DNA from: Octopus bimaculoides
Lineage: Eukaryota
Reading direction: 5' to 3'
Length of the DNA stretch: 64,000 bases
Assembly (NCBI RefSeq): GCF_001194135.2
Contig: NC_068988.1
Span: 72,941,764-73,005,763 of the forward strand
Positions within the stretch are counted from its first letter, which is position 1. Each line of letters starts with the position of its first letter. Under the pieces are notes generated by a model that worked only from the letters and a program-made list of their open reading frames with translations, had not been told where the DNA came from and did no database searches. Made by a program: the position numbers and the translations under genes. Positions 1 through 12,708 of the stretch are shown piece after piece.

Positions 1-114
1 ATATACATATATAGGAGAAGAAAATGGATATAATAACAATAGGAAACTCCTTGTTTTCGTTGGTATGTCTTTAATTAAATAGATAACAAGGAGGAAGAAG
101 CAGAGATGAGAGAA

Positions 115-165
115 GCATTTACGATCGTTTCGATTTACTGGTTTAAGTAAATCTCTTCAGAATGC
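115..165 (-). ncRNA. Minimal type-I hammerhead ribozyme associated with the Penelope-like element
   Basis: Minus strand reads GCAUU-CUGAAGA-GAUUUACU-UAAACC-AGUAAAUC-GAAA-CGAUCG-UA-AAUGC. This gives a 5-bp stem I, an intact CUGANGA core, a perfect 8-bp stem II, GAAA, a 2-bp stem III with palindromic GAUC loop, and a GUA cleavage triplet. It lies about 400 nt past the PLE endonuclease stop. Confidence 0.92.
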
Positions 166-562
166 GAATATAGATAGGTGCATCTGTCAGGATGCAAAAG
201 ATAATTGATAGACATTTGGTGGTAATGTAAACAAATTAGTAATTCTTACATTAAATTTTTGTTCTTGCAGGTGAAGGGGAGTAAGTCTAACTGGGTGAAA
301 AGGGAGCTAACACATGGGTGGTTGGACAATGTGTTATTGCTAATAATTGTCTTATTGCTAGAGTTTAGGAGGTTCTTTGTGCTAGGCGGGGTCCTGTGTA
401 TATACAAAGTATATTATTATGGAATGTTTGGGGCGAGTGGGTTTACGGGATGACTCTTCGTTTGTTTAATGTGTTATCCAGTTAATTAGACTTATATAGA
501 TGAGTATTCTAGATTGGAGTTATGAAGCCATAGAGGACTGCATGAAGACAAGAGAGGCTATT

Positions 563-2053
563 CTAACGGCATTTCGAAAATACATAAAGGCCTATGTGGA
601 GACAAAAATTGTTATTCTCAAATTTCCTGCTGAGAAGCGGTTGCTTAGCCGTAAGTATAGCTAGGCGTTGTGATAGGCAGAGATCACAGCGTCTATTTGT
701 GGTGTTGTAGGAGGTTGTCTTTGTCAGTATACGCCAGTTTAAGCTGAAGTCTATTTTTTTCGTCCTTAAGTTCCCAAATGTATGCACTTAGCCCTGTTGA
801 GTTAGCCTTATTTCTATTTCTGAACCTGGATAGATGCGTATTATATCTGAGAGTCATTTGGTTCTTGATTGCACCTATGTATGATTTCGTCTGGTTGTTT
901 GTGCGGACGTCACATTGGTAAACTATGTTATTAGTCTTACATCTATTTGAGAAATGGCACTTTGTTCTATCCCTACAGCCACATAAATAATTAGGTGTAT
1001 CTACATTCGTGTAGTATTGTGGGGGGCCATTATTGTTCAGGTCTGTACCTAAGTTAGCAGGAGGCATTGCGTTGGAGGGTGGCTTAGTCCTATTAGTTGG
1101 TTGGTTATTATTTTTATTGGTCAGCATCTTTCTAGTTTCGTAGAATTTGTCAAGTTTTTTATTATTCATTGAGGCTATTATTGTGGCTAAGTTATTAGTC
1201 AGACTGTGGCCTATTCTGATTTTATTCCTAAATAATTCTGTGGATTTATTATTAACGTTTATGTGTTTGTCTATGATTTTCATTAATGAGCAAGCTATAT
1301 TTCATTTCAGGTGCATGGCGTAGGGGATTATGAGCCAGATATTATCACAATTTTGTTTATTTTTAGTGTTAATTTTCCTAGTGTAGAAGCTTCCCTCCTT
1401 ACTTGGGATTCGTGCGAAGTTATGGGTGCATGTATCTTGGTTATATCTATAGTTATGTTTCACTTTCATGTTTCTTATATCTGTCCAATTGGTGTTATTA
1501 TCGGAGGGTTCATGTGGGTTCAGAGGCCTAGTTCTTTTGCTATTAATAGGGTTCATATTAGTTGGTTGGGTGACTTTAGTTTTATTCGTACCGCTGTATC
1601 GGTTTATACTATTTGGGCTTTATTTGCATCCTTTGTGTTATTAGTTTTGTTGATATTGTTAATCTTATTTAATATCAGTTTGTCGGTATTAGCGTTGCAG
1701 TTATTTTTGTTGTTGTTAGTGGTTTGTGTATAGGCCTTGGCATTGATCATATTAGTATTGTTACTATTGGGGTTACCCGTAATTATTCTATTGTTGGTGT
1801 AGTTTGTGGTGGTGCATGGTGTGCAGTTGGCGATAGTGGTATTAGTGAGTAGGTTTCTGTTGTTTGGGCTGCTAATAGGGTGATTAAGGTTTAGGTATTT
1901 GATTTTTTGTTTATATCCTGCTTTCCGTAGTGTGGAGTTATAGGCTTCTTTATGTCTGTTAAAGATGTCTATGTTGGAAGAGAGGCGTGATATTCTATTG
2001 CTAATGCTATGTACTAGGCTTCTCTTAATAAATTTGGGGTGGTTACTTGCCAC
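563..2053 (-). mobile_element. Penelope-like retroelement, 3' half: RT thumb, linker and C-terminal GIY-YIG endonuclease (disrupted)
   Basis: Thumb SNHPKFIKRSLVHSISNRISRLSS...YNSTLRKAGY; linker IWLIIPY...NI...KIIDKH; endonuclease NIVYQCDV...KSYIG...RYNTHLSRF...STGLSAYIWELK, then WRIL...CDLCL after a frameshift. Lesions: frameshift near 1610, in-frame TGA at 1302-1304, +1 A in an A7 run at 744-750. Cut at about 2053 by a later insertion. Confidence 0.9.
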
Positions 2054-2846
2054 ATCATCATCATCGTTTAACGTCAGCTTTCCATGCTAGCATGGGTTGG
2101 ACGGTTTGACTGAGGACTGGTGAGCCAGACGGCTACACCAGGCTCCAATCTAATTTGGCAGAGTTTCTACAGCTGGATGTCCTTCCTAACACCAACCACT
2201 CCGAGAATGTAGTGGGTGCTTTTATGTGCCACTGGCATGAAGGCCAGTCAGGCGGTACTGGCAATGGCCACACTCAAAATNNNNNNNNNNNNNNNNNNNN
2301 NNNNNNNNNNNNNNNNNNNNNNNNNNNNNNNNNNNNNNNNNNNNNNNNNNNNNNNNNNNNNNNNNNNNNNNNNNNNNNNNNNNNNNNNNNNNNNNNNNNN
2401 NGCACAAGTACCGGGAAGGCAACTCTGGTAACGATCACGCTCAAATGGTGCTATTTACATGCTACTGGCACGGAAGCCAGACAGCTGCTCTGGCAACGAT
2501 CACGCTCGGACAGTGCTCTAAGCGCTCCACTGGTACAGGTGCCATCACGATTTCGCTTTCACTTGCTCCAATAGGTCTTCGCAAGCCGAGTTCAGTGTCC
2601 AATGAAGGAGAGGTTGGCATGAGTGCCAGTTGTCGAATTTAGTTCGATTTCGATTTCACTTGCCTCAACAGGTCTTCGCAAGCGGAGTTTAGTGTCCAAT
2701 GAAGTAAAGGTACCAATAAGTAGGCTGGCAGAGGCCATGGATTATGGTCTCACTTGGCTTGCCGAGTCTTCTCACGCACTGCATATTTCCAAAAGCCCCA
2801 GTCACTAGTCATTGCCTCGGTGAGGCCTAATGTCGAAGGTCATGCA
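2053..2846 (-). mobile_element. RTE-tail retroposon with (GAT)n tail and internal roughly 65-bp repeated module, inserted into the PLE
   Basis: Begins catcatcatcatcgtttaacgtcagctttccatgctagcatgggttggacg, the same 3' end seen at 12558, 28519, 40195, 48030 and 52288. Contains repeated ctggcaacgatcacgctc modules and spans an N gap. Confidence 0.8.
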
Positions 2847-3269
2847 NNNNNNNNNNNNNNNNNNNNNNNNNNNNNNNNNNNNNNNNNNNNNNNNNNNNNN
2901 NNNNNNNNNNNNNNNNNNNNNNNNNNNNNNNNNNNNNNNNNNNNNNCGTTAAACTAATACATCCTTTTGTTGTCTACACCACCTGTCCTCGTCTGTAATA
3001 ACCTGCTCGAGTATGACCTTGAGAACGAGAACCACTCTACATAAAGAGCAAATCCATTTCCCGCAGTACAGGCACATTCCTGTCAGTGAACATGTAGAAA
3101 AATGTGCAGATAACATCAAACCAAATTTCACAGTCTTCCCCTTCTACCAGTGCAAAGACACAATCTCTCTACAAGAATGTTTAAATAAAGTAACTTTTTT
3201 CATTGAAAAATACAGAACACGTCTTAATATGCACGCATAAATACTTTTACTTTTTTACATATTTGACAA

Positions 3270-4900
3270 AAGTATATGACAAAAGTGTAGCGGTTTCGTT
3301 TTCATCCAACACCTTCTGTAGTTTTTCAAGGAACAGGGCATCTGCTGATTCCTACTAGAGATAGAGCTTCCTGTCATCATATTTGGCTGACTATGCTTTG
3401 GCTCCTGCGAAACCTCCATAGGGATTTCTCCAGATGGGTCAATCACCTCCAAAAGATTCCCAGATGGCTCACTTCCAGCAGCTTTTTCCTCAATGCCGTC
3501 ACCATCAAATATTTCTGAGCCTACCATATTGTTTGCACGCTTGACCCCTTTTGGTGGAATTAAGTTATTAATGACTCTCTGAATAGTATTTGGGCAGAGT
3601 TTTGACATTATCTCTAGATTCGTTCAGTCACCTTATAATCGTCAGAGCCATCAAAGGCGTTTGTGGTCCACATTGACTTGAAAGCAGTTTGGACATCAAT
3701 CTTGCAATTTGCATGTGCTTGATGTAGCATCTGCATCATTTCGGATCGATTGGGCGTGACTGTTTTATGCAGAGTTTGAACTAACTTTTCTAGCATCTTT
3801 GCTTTCTCTATTTCACGATACTTTGTATTCACTCGTTTGTGCAAGTGCATATCGTTAACTTGAACAAATCCGATGATGACTAGCACATAACCCCTTTTCC
3901 AGAGGGCGTCTCTCACCTCCGGCATCAAATGCACCATGTAATCACAGAGCACATAAATAACAAAGTTTGCATGTGAAAACACAATGAATCGATTTGGAAG
4001 GTTTTCAATAGTACAGAGCAGCTGTTCTCATCTATAAAAACCTTTATGAGACCATTGATATTTTATTGTAGGTAGGGCATTCAGTAGTGGTGGTCTTTTT
4101 CCAGTTCCTTTAAATACAACCTTTGGGATAAGATAGATTTTGGTATAATTGCTAAGTTTGGTGAACACTGTGATACATTCCCTAGACAAATAGTTGTTTT
4201 CTTTGACGAACGTGTCTTTATTTCTGAATAATAAGGTAGCCTGTCCGCTACTTTCATTCCGTTGCAAGGGCATTTGATCTCCATTGATAATTAGGAGGAT
4301 CTACGCCAAATTTGTCGAGGAAATAACAACGCACACTCCATATGCTCTTCAAATAATCCTGAATGTGCTTAACACATTGCTCTTAGGAGATTGAAATGTA
4401 TTTGTTTAGAAATTTCCGTGATACTCCATACTCTTTTTGCAAAACTTTCATCCAGCTTTTTGAAAAACAAAGCTTTTCCTCAGTTAGTGTATCTAGGTCT
4501 TGGCAAATCCACTCATAAAATTTCTCTGTCTGTAATAGTAAAAGAGCTTGTGGTAATCTCACATGCAGCAATGTTCTAACAGCCACAAACCATTCAAATA
4601 AGGTGTCTCTCACGCCTGTTTTACGACCTCCTCCAGCGACTCTGGAAATGTTTCTTTGGGTTGTTTTTCAGCGCTGTCAAGTTCACCTTTCAAATATTTT
4701 TCATAGCAGCGTTTGGCTACTTTAACAACAGAATCAAATAGTCGATCAAAGTTTTTGACACTAGCCAAATTCGTGTAAAATAAACGAACTGCTTTGGCGA
4801 GATATCCCTCTTTCGGAGTGTCTGGGACATGGCGTTTCCTTTAAGCATCCCAATGAGTTCTCCCTTCCATTTGCTCTAATTCGGAATCATACTCCTCTTT
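3270..4900 (-). mobile_element. Degenerate pogo/Tigger-like transposase (CENP-B-type HTH plus DDE_1)
   Basis: Broken minus-strand frames: GGGRKTGVRDTLFEWF...FSKSWMKVLQKEYGVS (HTH), MPLQRNESSGQATL...VVFKGTGKRP, and DYMVHLMPEVRDALWKRGY...VQVNDMHLH (DDE core). Several frameshifts; TIRs not identified. Confidence 0.8.
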
Positions 4901-5285
4901 GCCTTTGTTCACCACGATAACAAGTACTTACTTTTCTTCTATAGAATAATTTCCATACGTCGCACCATGAAACATTCTTTTCTCTGCCGTGATGTTATGA
5001 AAAAATTCAAAGAGAAATTACCCGAGTCGTGTTGATGTTGTTTGAGACCCGTTAACGAAAACGTTACAAAAAAACAAAAAAAACCCCAGCCTACTAGGTG
5101 TGAAAAGATATGTAGAAAACGAATATGACAAAAAAATTGCACAAACGAAGGGCGGGGAGAAGTTTCGGAAAATTTACAAGATCCAATTTTTCCCTCATAA
5201 CTTTCAGGATAATGGATATGTGTTGATGAAATTTTATAGAAATACCGTTCAAATGGCACAGATTATGATTATAAANNNNNNNNNN

Positions 5286-5328
<43 letters not shown>

Positions 5329-5713
5329 TACACTGACAAAATACACATTTATATCGAGAAAGAGAGAGAGACAGAAAGCTGGAGATAGAGGTGGGGGAGA
5401 GAGAGAAGGGAAGAAAGAGGTAGAAAAGAAAGTGAGTGAAAGTTATAGAGATGGAATTTATTGAATGGTGTTAATATATACATCCCATATTTACGTGTCA
5501 TATTTTCGGAAGAGTTATGCGGAAAAGAGATAATTATCAATTCTTTCAATATCTATTTAATATCACCTACGCGGAAATGACTTGGAGATATAACGTGAAA
5601 AACATGCTAATACATGTATATTGTTGCTATAAATCCTAAGAATTATATTACTTCAGAACGCAATATTTAACTTCTGACAAGACAAGAAATAGTTTTCTGT
5701 ATTTCATTTTTGT

Positions 5714-5885
5714 AGGTGGAGGCATGGCATTGTGGTAATGAAGCTCGCTTTGGAAGCATGTGGGTTTTTGGATACAGTCCCACTAGGCGGCACCTTGGGC
5801 AAATGTCTTCTACTTTAATCCCAGGTCGACTAACATTTTGTAAGTGAGTTTGATAAACAGAAATTGTGTTGAAGCCCACCGCGTA
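5714..5885 (+). mobile_element. tRNA-derived SINE family 1, 5' half, diverged
   Basis: ggcatggcattgtggtaat...cccactaggcggcaccttgggcaaatgtcttctact matches the head of the full copy at 27821. Confidence 0.7.
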
Positions 5886-6207
5886 GGGCAAGAAATTCTC
5901 AAGAGAGCGGAACAACAGAAGGTCTTCAAAGAAGAACTTCTTACATTCTGGTGGGTGGGTAGTGGTGGGGGTGAATCGGCATCTAGGTTATGATTCCTGG
6001 GTTCTTTTTAGCCAATTGGATATTGGAGACTTGTGCATTTAAATCGCCTAGAGATTTTCATCTGGTTGTAACTCCTTCCCATTGACTCAGCTTTCAAATT
6101 TACATTTAAAGAAAAAATATCGTTGGTTGTCATGGTAGAGGTGAAACGTAAATGTTATCACAAAGACTCACTCAAAGTTACTTCCCTTAGCGTTAAAACA
6201 AAACTTT

Positions 6208-8107
6208 TACTCTCGGGTCCCAAATAACAGGGGTGGGGTTGGAATAAGCAGATGGGCTGGATATTTGCTTAAATTCTTATAAACGGGCGGGTTGGAATAA
6301 ACGGGGAGGCGGTGATGGTGGTTTAGAAAATCGGTAATTGTATAGTGGTAACAGTATGAAATTAAAAAATTATAGGTTGTCTCCCTTGATTTTTAAAAAG
6401 TCAATTATTTATTCTCGGGTTTCAAATAATAGGGGTGGGTGCTGGAATAAGCGGATTNNNNNNNNNNNNNNNNNNNNNNNNNNNNNNNNNNNNNNNNNNN
6501 NNNNNNNNNNNNNNNNNNNNNNNNNNNNNNNNNNNNNNNNNNNNNNNNNNNNNNNNNNNNNNNNNNNNNNNNNNNNNNNNNNNNNNNNNNNNNNNNNNNN
6601 NNNNNNNNNNNNNNNNNNNNNNNNNNNNNNNNNNNNNNNNNNNNNNNNNNNNNNNNNNNNNNNNNNNNNNNNNNNNNNNNNNNNNNNNNNNNNNNNNNNN
6701 NNNNNNNNNNNNNNNNNNNNNNNNNNNNNNNNNNNNNNNNNNNNNNNNNNNNNNNNNNNNNNNNNNNNNNNNNNNNNNNNNNNNNNNNNNNNNNNNNNNN
6801 NNNNNNNNNNNNNNNNNNNNNNNNNNNNNNNNNNNNNNNNNNNNNNNNNNNNNNNNNNNNNNNNNNNNNNNNNNNNNNNNNNNNNNNNNNNNNNNNNNNN
6901 NNNNNNNNNNNNNNNNNNNNNNNNNNNNNNNNNNNNNNNNNNNNNNNNNNNNNNNNNNNNNNNNNNNNNNNNNNNNNNNNNNNNNNNNNNNNNNNTAAGG
7001 GTCTCAAACTTTATATTGACCATTAATTAAATCCTTATTTCGTAAAAAGCTTGTCCTGTAAAGATAAACAGTTCGTCATTGAAGTTTTTAGTTTTGTGTG
7101 TATTTTGTGTTGGTGATTGGTAGATAAATCGTAGAGAAATTGAAAATGAAGATTTGTTGACTAGTGTGGAGTAGCAGTAAACTCACGCGTGTTACAGCCT
7201 CAAGTTTTTATAAACACTGGCTGGTTGTGAAGCATATTTTCTGAAAGCAATTTCCTTGTTTTCTGTGTCCTGAAGCAGGTGTGTTGTGTCTCGAAATGAT
7301 CGATTTTCTTAGGGTTAAAGGTTATCATTGCCCTAAAATGGTGAAGGCTCAACCGCATGAACACTGGCTACATATACCGTGGATAAATATTTTTCTTCCG
7401 TGTGTTATGAAAACAAATAGAACACTTCTGGTTTTCTTCCCATTCTTGTCTTTTTCTTTTTTTTTTTGTCATGCTGGTTCACAATTTGTGTTAGTGAAAA
7501 TAATAATGAATTCCCTAGGGTTTGTTGTTTTGTACTAGTAACAGGAGTCAGTTTAAGCGACTTCCCCTTCCCTTTAAATTGCTGGCTTTGTGCCTAAGCA
7601 TCGAGCAATGTACCTTGCAGCATAGAGTTATGGCCCATCATGTTCTGAGTTCAATCCTGCTGAGGATAACTTTACTTTTCACCCCTACGGGGTTGATAAA
7701 ATAAAGCACTAGTAATGTACTGGGCCACTTTAATCCACTTGTCCCTCTCCACAAATTGTTGGCCTTGTGCCTAAATGAGAAAGCATTATTTAAAATTTTC
7801 TGTCACCCTTGATTTTTTTTCTAAAACCAGAATTAGTTATTTAGTTTATATATCCTATTTATTTCATAACATATGGTATTGCTTGTTCTTTTTGTGTCAT
7901 ATATATATAATGTCTTTAACGTAAAATAAAATTATTATTAGATTCTCTAGCTGTTGTATCAATATGAATAGCTTACAATAAAATTTCACTGGAGATAGAT
8001 TAGCAAAATTTAATAAGAGCAGTTGAGGGGAGTCTTAAAAATTAATAGGGGGTGTAAAAGATCTGAAAAATTAATAAGTAGGAACAAGTATTCAAGACCC
8101 CAGAGTA
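6208..8107. mobile_element. Possible non-autonomous TA-target DNA transposon bounded by imperfect TIRs
   Basis: Left end TACTCTCGGGTCCCAAATAA (6208); reverse complement of right end TACTCTGGGGTCTTGAATAC (8107). A second left-end copy starts at about 6410. The interior has an N gap and a SINE. Confidence 0.45.
7600..7790 (+). mobile_element. tRNA-derived SINE family 2 (motif resembling the MetaSINE domain), diverged
   Basis: ctgagttcaatcct B-box-like, followed by ctttacttttcacccctacggggttgataaaataaagcactag. Homologous to copies at 21168, 61860 and 63245. Confidence 0.6.
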
Positions 8108-8117
8108 TACATACACG

Positions 8118-8208
<91 letters not shown>

Positions 8209-8269
8209 CACCTAAAAACTATCACGGTTGCCAGAAATATGGTGTGCATCGCTCTGGAGACATCATAAA

Positions 8270-8915
8270 AATTTAGACATAATTATGTCATTTCCCGTCA
8301 GACTTTTGGTTCTGGTTGAAGTACTTTTCATCTGAGAAGAATCAAAGCATGCCATGTTCGTGAGGGTCTTTAACCTTTTTAAATGAGCACTTGGCACAGA
8401 TCCACTGGTTTTCCTGTATCTTTGCAGACATGAATTGACCTCTACTCAGTACATACTTGCACCAAATTTCCTCATACATCAGTTCTGGCCACTACAACAC
8501 TTTCAAGTTCTTTGGTGATGTCCCTCACAAGATTTCCTGGGGTCATCATTGTTTTGAACCCATTGGATGAATTGTAATGTCCTCATTGTGCCAAAAATGT
8601 TTAGAACTTTTTTCTTTTTCTCAGTGAAATGTTTGTACCAAATGTTTCCGATTCTATCTAAAGTTGTATACAAAAGATCTTGTAGCATTTGGAAAGTTGG
8701 CAGTTCCACATATATGGCAAAAATGACTGTATGACTTTTCATTTCTTGAGTTAACATTTTATCTACCATGGGGGATTTCAAAGACAAAAATCTTATAACT
8801 GGTTTGAAGAGAGTAATATACTGATATTTAACTGTCCAACGATTGGGATCATCAAACTGCGTAACAGTTTTGTGATCATTTTGCAGCTTTAATAAAAGCA
8901 TACATATATCCCCTA
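8270..8915 (-). mobile_element. mariner-like (DD37D/maT-type) transposase relic, N-terminal part to the first catalytic Asp
   Basis: Frameshifted translation MLTQEMKSHTVIFAIY...DDPRKS...ITKELE...YVLSRGQFMSAKIQEN...EHGML*FFSDEKYFNQNQK. The WFFSDEKxF motif is typical of this group. Confidence 0.7.
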
Positions 8916-9609
8916 ATGTAAGAGTTTTAAAATATATTTTTATATCTTACTTAGTGCAAACATTATCCGATACAGAACTCAATACAATGGGTAGAGTGGA
9001 TAGGTATTTTTATTATATCAAAAGTTGACAGCACATGACTGTGGGTAATTATAAATTGCTTGCAGTTTATACAAGGGTGTGTTAACCCTGGAAAGGTTGT
9101 GGATGGTTGGGGTTACATGTCTTTGAAAAGTAATTTAGAGATGTAGGGATTGTAATGGAAAAATATTAATATGTGTGTATATATGATTGTATTGAGACAT
9201 TCCTTAAATGTGCTTGTGTTTGCATTAGCAAACTTGTTAAATGAAATTTAAGAGGATGATTTTTGAACAAGTTCCACTGACACGACCTATCAGTTAGAGA
9301 GGTTACTGTTCTAATTCATAGGTCAAATTTTTACAAATCAGAGGTTAGCCAATGTTTTGAGTTGGTGATATTTATGCAAATATTTGAAAACTTGTGTGTG
9401 TGTGTGTGCATACATATATATATAACTGTATCATTCCTTCAGGAATGACTGATGAAAGTAGCATTAATGTCCTAGGTCATCCAGTTTTTTTAACCAATCA
9501 GTAATGAACCTATAATGACTACTGGAAACATCTGTAAGTCAAATTTACTACAATAAAGAAAAATATGTAATGACCATTATTTATGCCTTATATCATCATC
9601 CTCATTATT

Positions 9610-9647
<38 letters not shown>

Positions 9648-12557
9648 TATATATATATATATATATATATATACATACACATACATAGATGAAAATAGAT
9701 TAAGACACATACAAAATATAAATAAATATAAGTATTTACTCATATATGCATGCACACATGTAATATATACACATATAAGTCAATTAAATACCAATTTCAT
9801 AGGATTTTCATGATTTATTTCTTTTATTTTTGTATATACACAAGTACTTTCATAATATTGGGAAGCAATCGTCATGTTGAATTTTTGTACAATGAGGCAT
9901 CCAGGTAAATATTTACATAGTAACTGTATCTAGATGAGTATTTAAAAAATATCAATATTGGGTATTTATTTTGTTGATGCTGAGTAACAGTGGCTTAAAG
10001 GTCAATAACACAGTATTACATAATTTAATTCTTAATTAGTGTATTGTCATTCTCAAATTAAACTAAATTTCAACCAAATTTAGACCAACATTACTGTTTC
10101 TTTCATACTGGTTCCAGCTTCTCAATAAAACTCATTTTTTTTGCTCTTTTGATTTCATCTGAGCCAAGGTTTATAAAATAGAACTATTAAGAAATTTATG
10201 TTGCTGCATTTATGTATGCATACACACACACACACACATTATCATTATCAACATCACTGTGTTTTAAAGTCTATTTTTCAATGCTTACACAGGCCAGACA
10301 ATATGCTGAAGCAAATTTTTTTATAGCCAGATGCCCTTCCTGATGCCAACTGCCACCAGTTTCCAAATGAGGTAGTAATCTCTCAGTCTATCAAACAACA
10401 AACACCTCAGACATGAATACACAGAAAACTGGAAACAAATGAGACCATTTGAATGAGCAACACGTCGAAGCCCAAATGTGCTTTTATGGTGCTATACAGG
10501 CAAATGATATTGTCACTGCTTATAACCAGCAAACGCATGAACACAAAGAGAAATATGAACTCACTTGCACAAACACACATGTCATATATAAGCTTCTTTC
10601 AATTTCTTTCTACCAAAACCACTCACAAGCCTTTTGTCTACTCATAAGTATTGTTGAAGACTTGCCAAAGGTATGACACAGTGGAACTCCTTCTCCACAT
10701 AGCCACTCCTGCATGTTTGCTTTACCTCATATACTTCCATATAAGTATGTATATATGCGTGCACGCACACACACACACACACACGTGAAAGTGGCCAATA
10801 AGTACTCAAGACCATATTTAGTGAATAAATATATATTTTTTGCAATGTGGAAGCCATTTAAAAACACACAAAAACCATTAGATTCACTTCAACACGGAAT
10901 TTTATCAATGAACAGGTCGTGGTTTCAAAGCAAAGCGATGAAAAACTTTTGACAAATTTAAATGTTGAAGTGAATCTAACAGTTTTTTGTGCTTTTAAAT
11001 GGCTTATAAACACCTTCCATGCTGCAATTGTTATTGTTTCAGCACATGATCTCAGATCAGATCACTTGCTATACATGTACATCTCCCTATTTTTTTTTTT
11101 TTTGTGTGTATTAGTAAACAATGCTACCAATGGTTTCATGTGGAAAATTCTTAATTATTTAAGCATACCACTTAAGACTGTTGATAACTAGCCTCCATGC
11201 TGGATGTAACTACATGAGATTACATTAACTTTTGAGGCTTCAAAAAAAACTGTGTACAGATTATAATACACAGCAGAGGGGAAGCAACTCATATATGGAC
11301 TTATTTTTATCAATATTTGCAAAATCAGCCAAAGCCAAGTCAAGAAAATAACCCAATTGTGTCTCTAATAACCAAAACATTTTGAAGTCTTGTAAATATT
11401 GTGTAGTCTCTCTCACATAGCCTCATCCTACATTCTTAAATGGAAGACTTGAAAAATTGCAGAATTTTCCACATGAAACTACCTGTAGCATTTGACAGGA
11501 GCTGGCAAGTCAGAAGACTGCGTCAAGCTCTACTGTCTGTTTGGGCATGGTTTCTATTGCTGGATACCCTTCCTAATGCCAATATGTGTGTATATATATA
11601 TACACATACAATCTTTAAACATTATTTTCATATCAAACCAAATTTTAATCAACATCACTCTAGTCAGAACTGATCCTCATTAAAACTTCTTTCACCCTTC
11701 TTTTAGCTTCATATGAACAAGCATCACATCATACAAGTGATCTTATTTGCTTCCAGTCTTCTGTAAAAACAGCCTGTCTTGACTATGGTTTGACAACTGG
11801 AAGGACTATAGGCTGTTGAAGATCTTGCTTGATGCCTTTCCTGTTTACACTGAAGACTGAAAACAAAGGACATCACTTATATGATAGTGACACTCACAAT
11901 TATGATACAATGTCACACATACAATAGCGTTCTTTCAGTTCATCCTGGAGCTATAGAAGACACGTCCAAGGTACCACAAAGTGGGACTGAACCCGAAACC
12001 ATGTGGTTGAGAAGGGAACTTCTTAAACACAGCCTTGCCTGGGCTTACACACATATATAATATGCATGGGTACATGTATTAGTTTTTGTCTAAATTTCCA
12101 TATATTTCTAATCCACAATATCTAACCTTAAATTTGCAGAAATTTGCCTTATAAATTAGAACAATTTATTTCCAAAATTTAACCTATCTCTAACAATATC
12201 AGTTAAATCCTATCCACAGAGACAGTACAAAGATCATCCCCTCATTTCACCATTAGAATTTCAATCAACTCTATGGATAATGTAAACATGAGCCCAGTTA
12301 AGGATAGTACCAATCCGTTTATACGTACAGATACATTAACAGTATTTTTCCATTGCAATCATTAAATCAGCTTTCAAAAACACACCATTCCAAAGTCAAC
12401 ACTCCCTAGTATAAACTAAAACATATTCGGCATCAGTTCAGAACTGCCCAGCTCCAGGAAAATCTCTGAGGAAGCTACCGACTTTTTTTTTAATATAAAA
12501 CATGTATTTGTATACTTGAACATACAAACATACACATGTGTGTGTGTGTGTATATAT

Positions 12558-12708
12558 GGTTGGTGTTACGAAGGGCATCCAGCTGTAGAAACTCTGCCAA
12601 ATCAGATTGGAGCCTGTTGTAGCCATCTGGTTTCACCAGTCCTCAGTCAAACCGTCCAACCCATGCTAGCATGGAAAGCAGACGTTAAACGATGATGATG
12701 ATGATGAT
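12558..12708 (+). mobile_element. RTE-tail retroposon 3' fragment
   Basis: gaagggcatccagctgtagaaactctgcc...acccatgctagcatggaaagcagacgttaaac(gat)n. Confidence 0.8.

Noticed and set aside
1302-1304. In-frame TGA in the PLE as a possible selenocysteine codon (as in Naiad PLEs)
   Set aside because: It aligns to the T of the xTNI linker motif rather than a Cys. I saw no SECIS-like AUGA...GA stem in 166-562, and the element has other lesions. A nonsense mutation such as CGA>TGA is simpler.
1311-1733. 140-aa hydrophobic plus-strand ORF resembling a membrane protein
   Set aside because: It is the antisense shadow of the A-rich, Asn/Thr-coding PLE strand.
6338-7030. Long ORFs running through N gaps (also 19474-20056 and 29707-30147)
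   Set aside because: These are artefacts of N runs lacking stop codons.
8010-8268. ORFs with YIYI/HTHT/CVCV runs (many across the window)
   Set aside because: These are translations of dinucleotide microsatellites.
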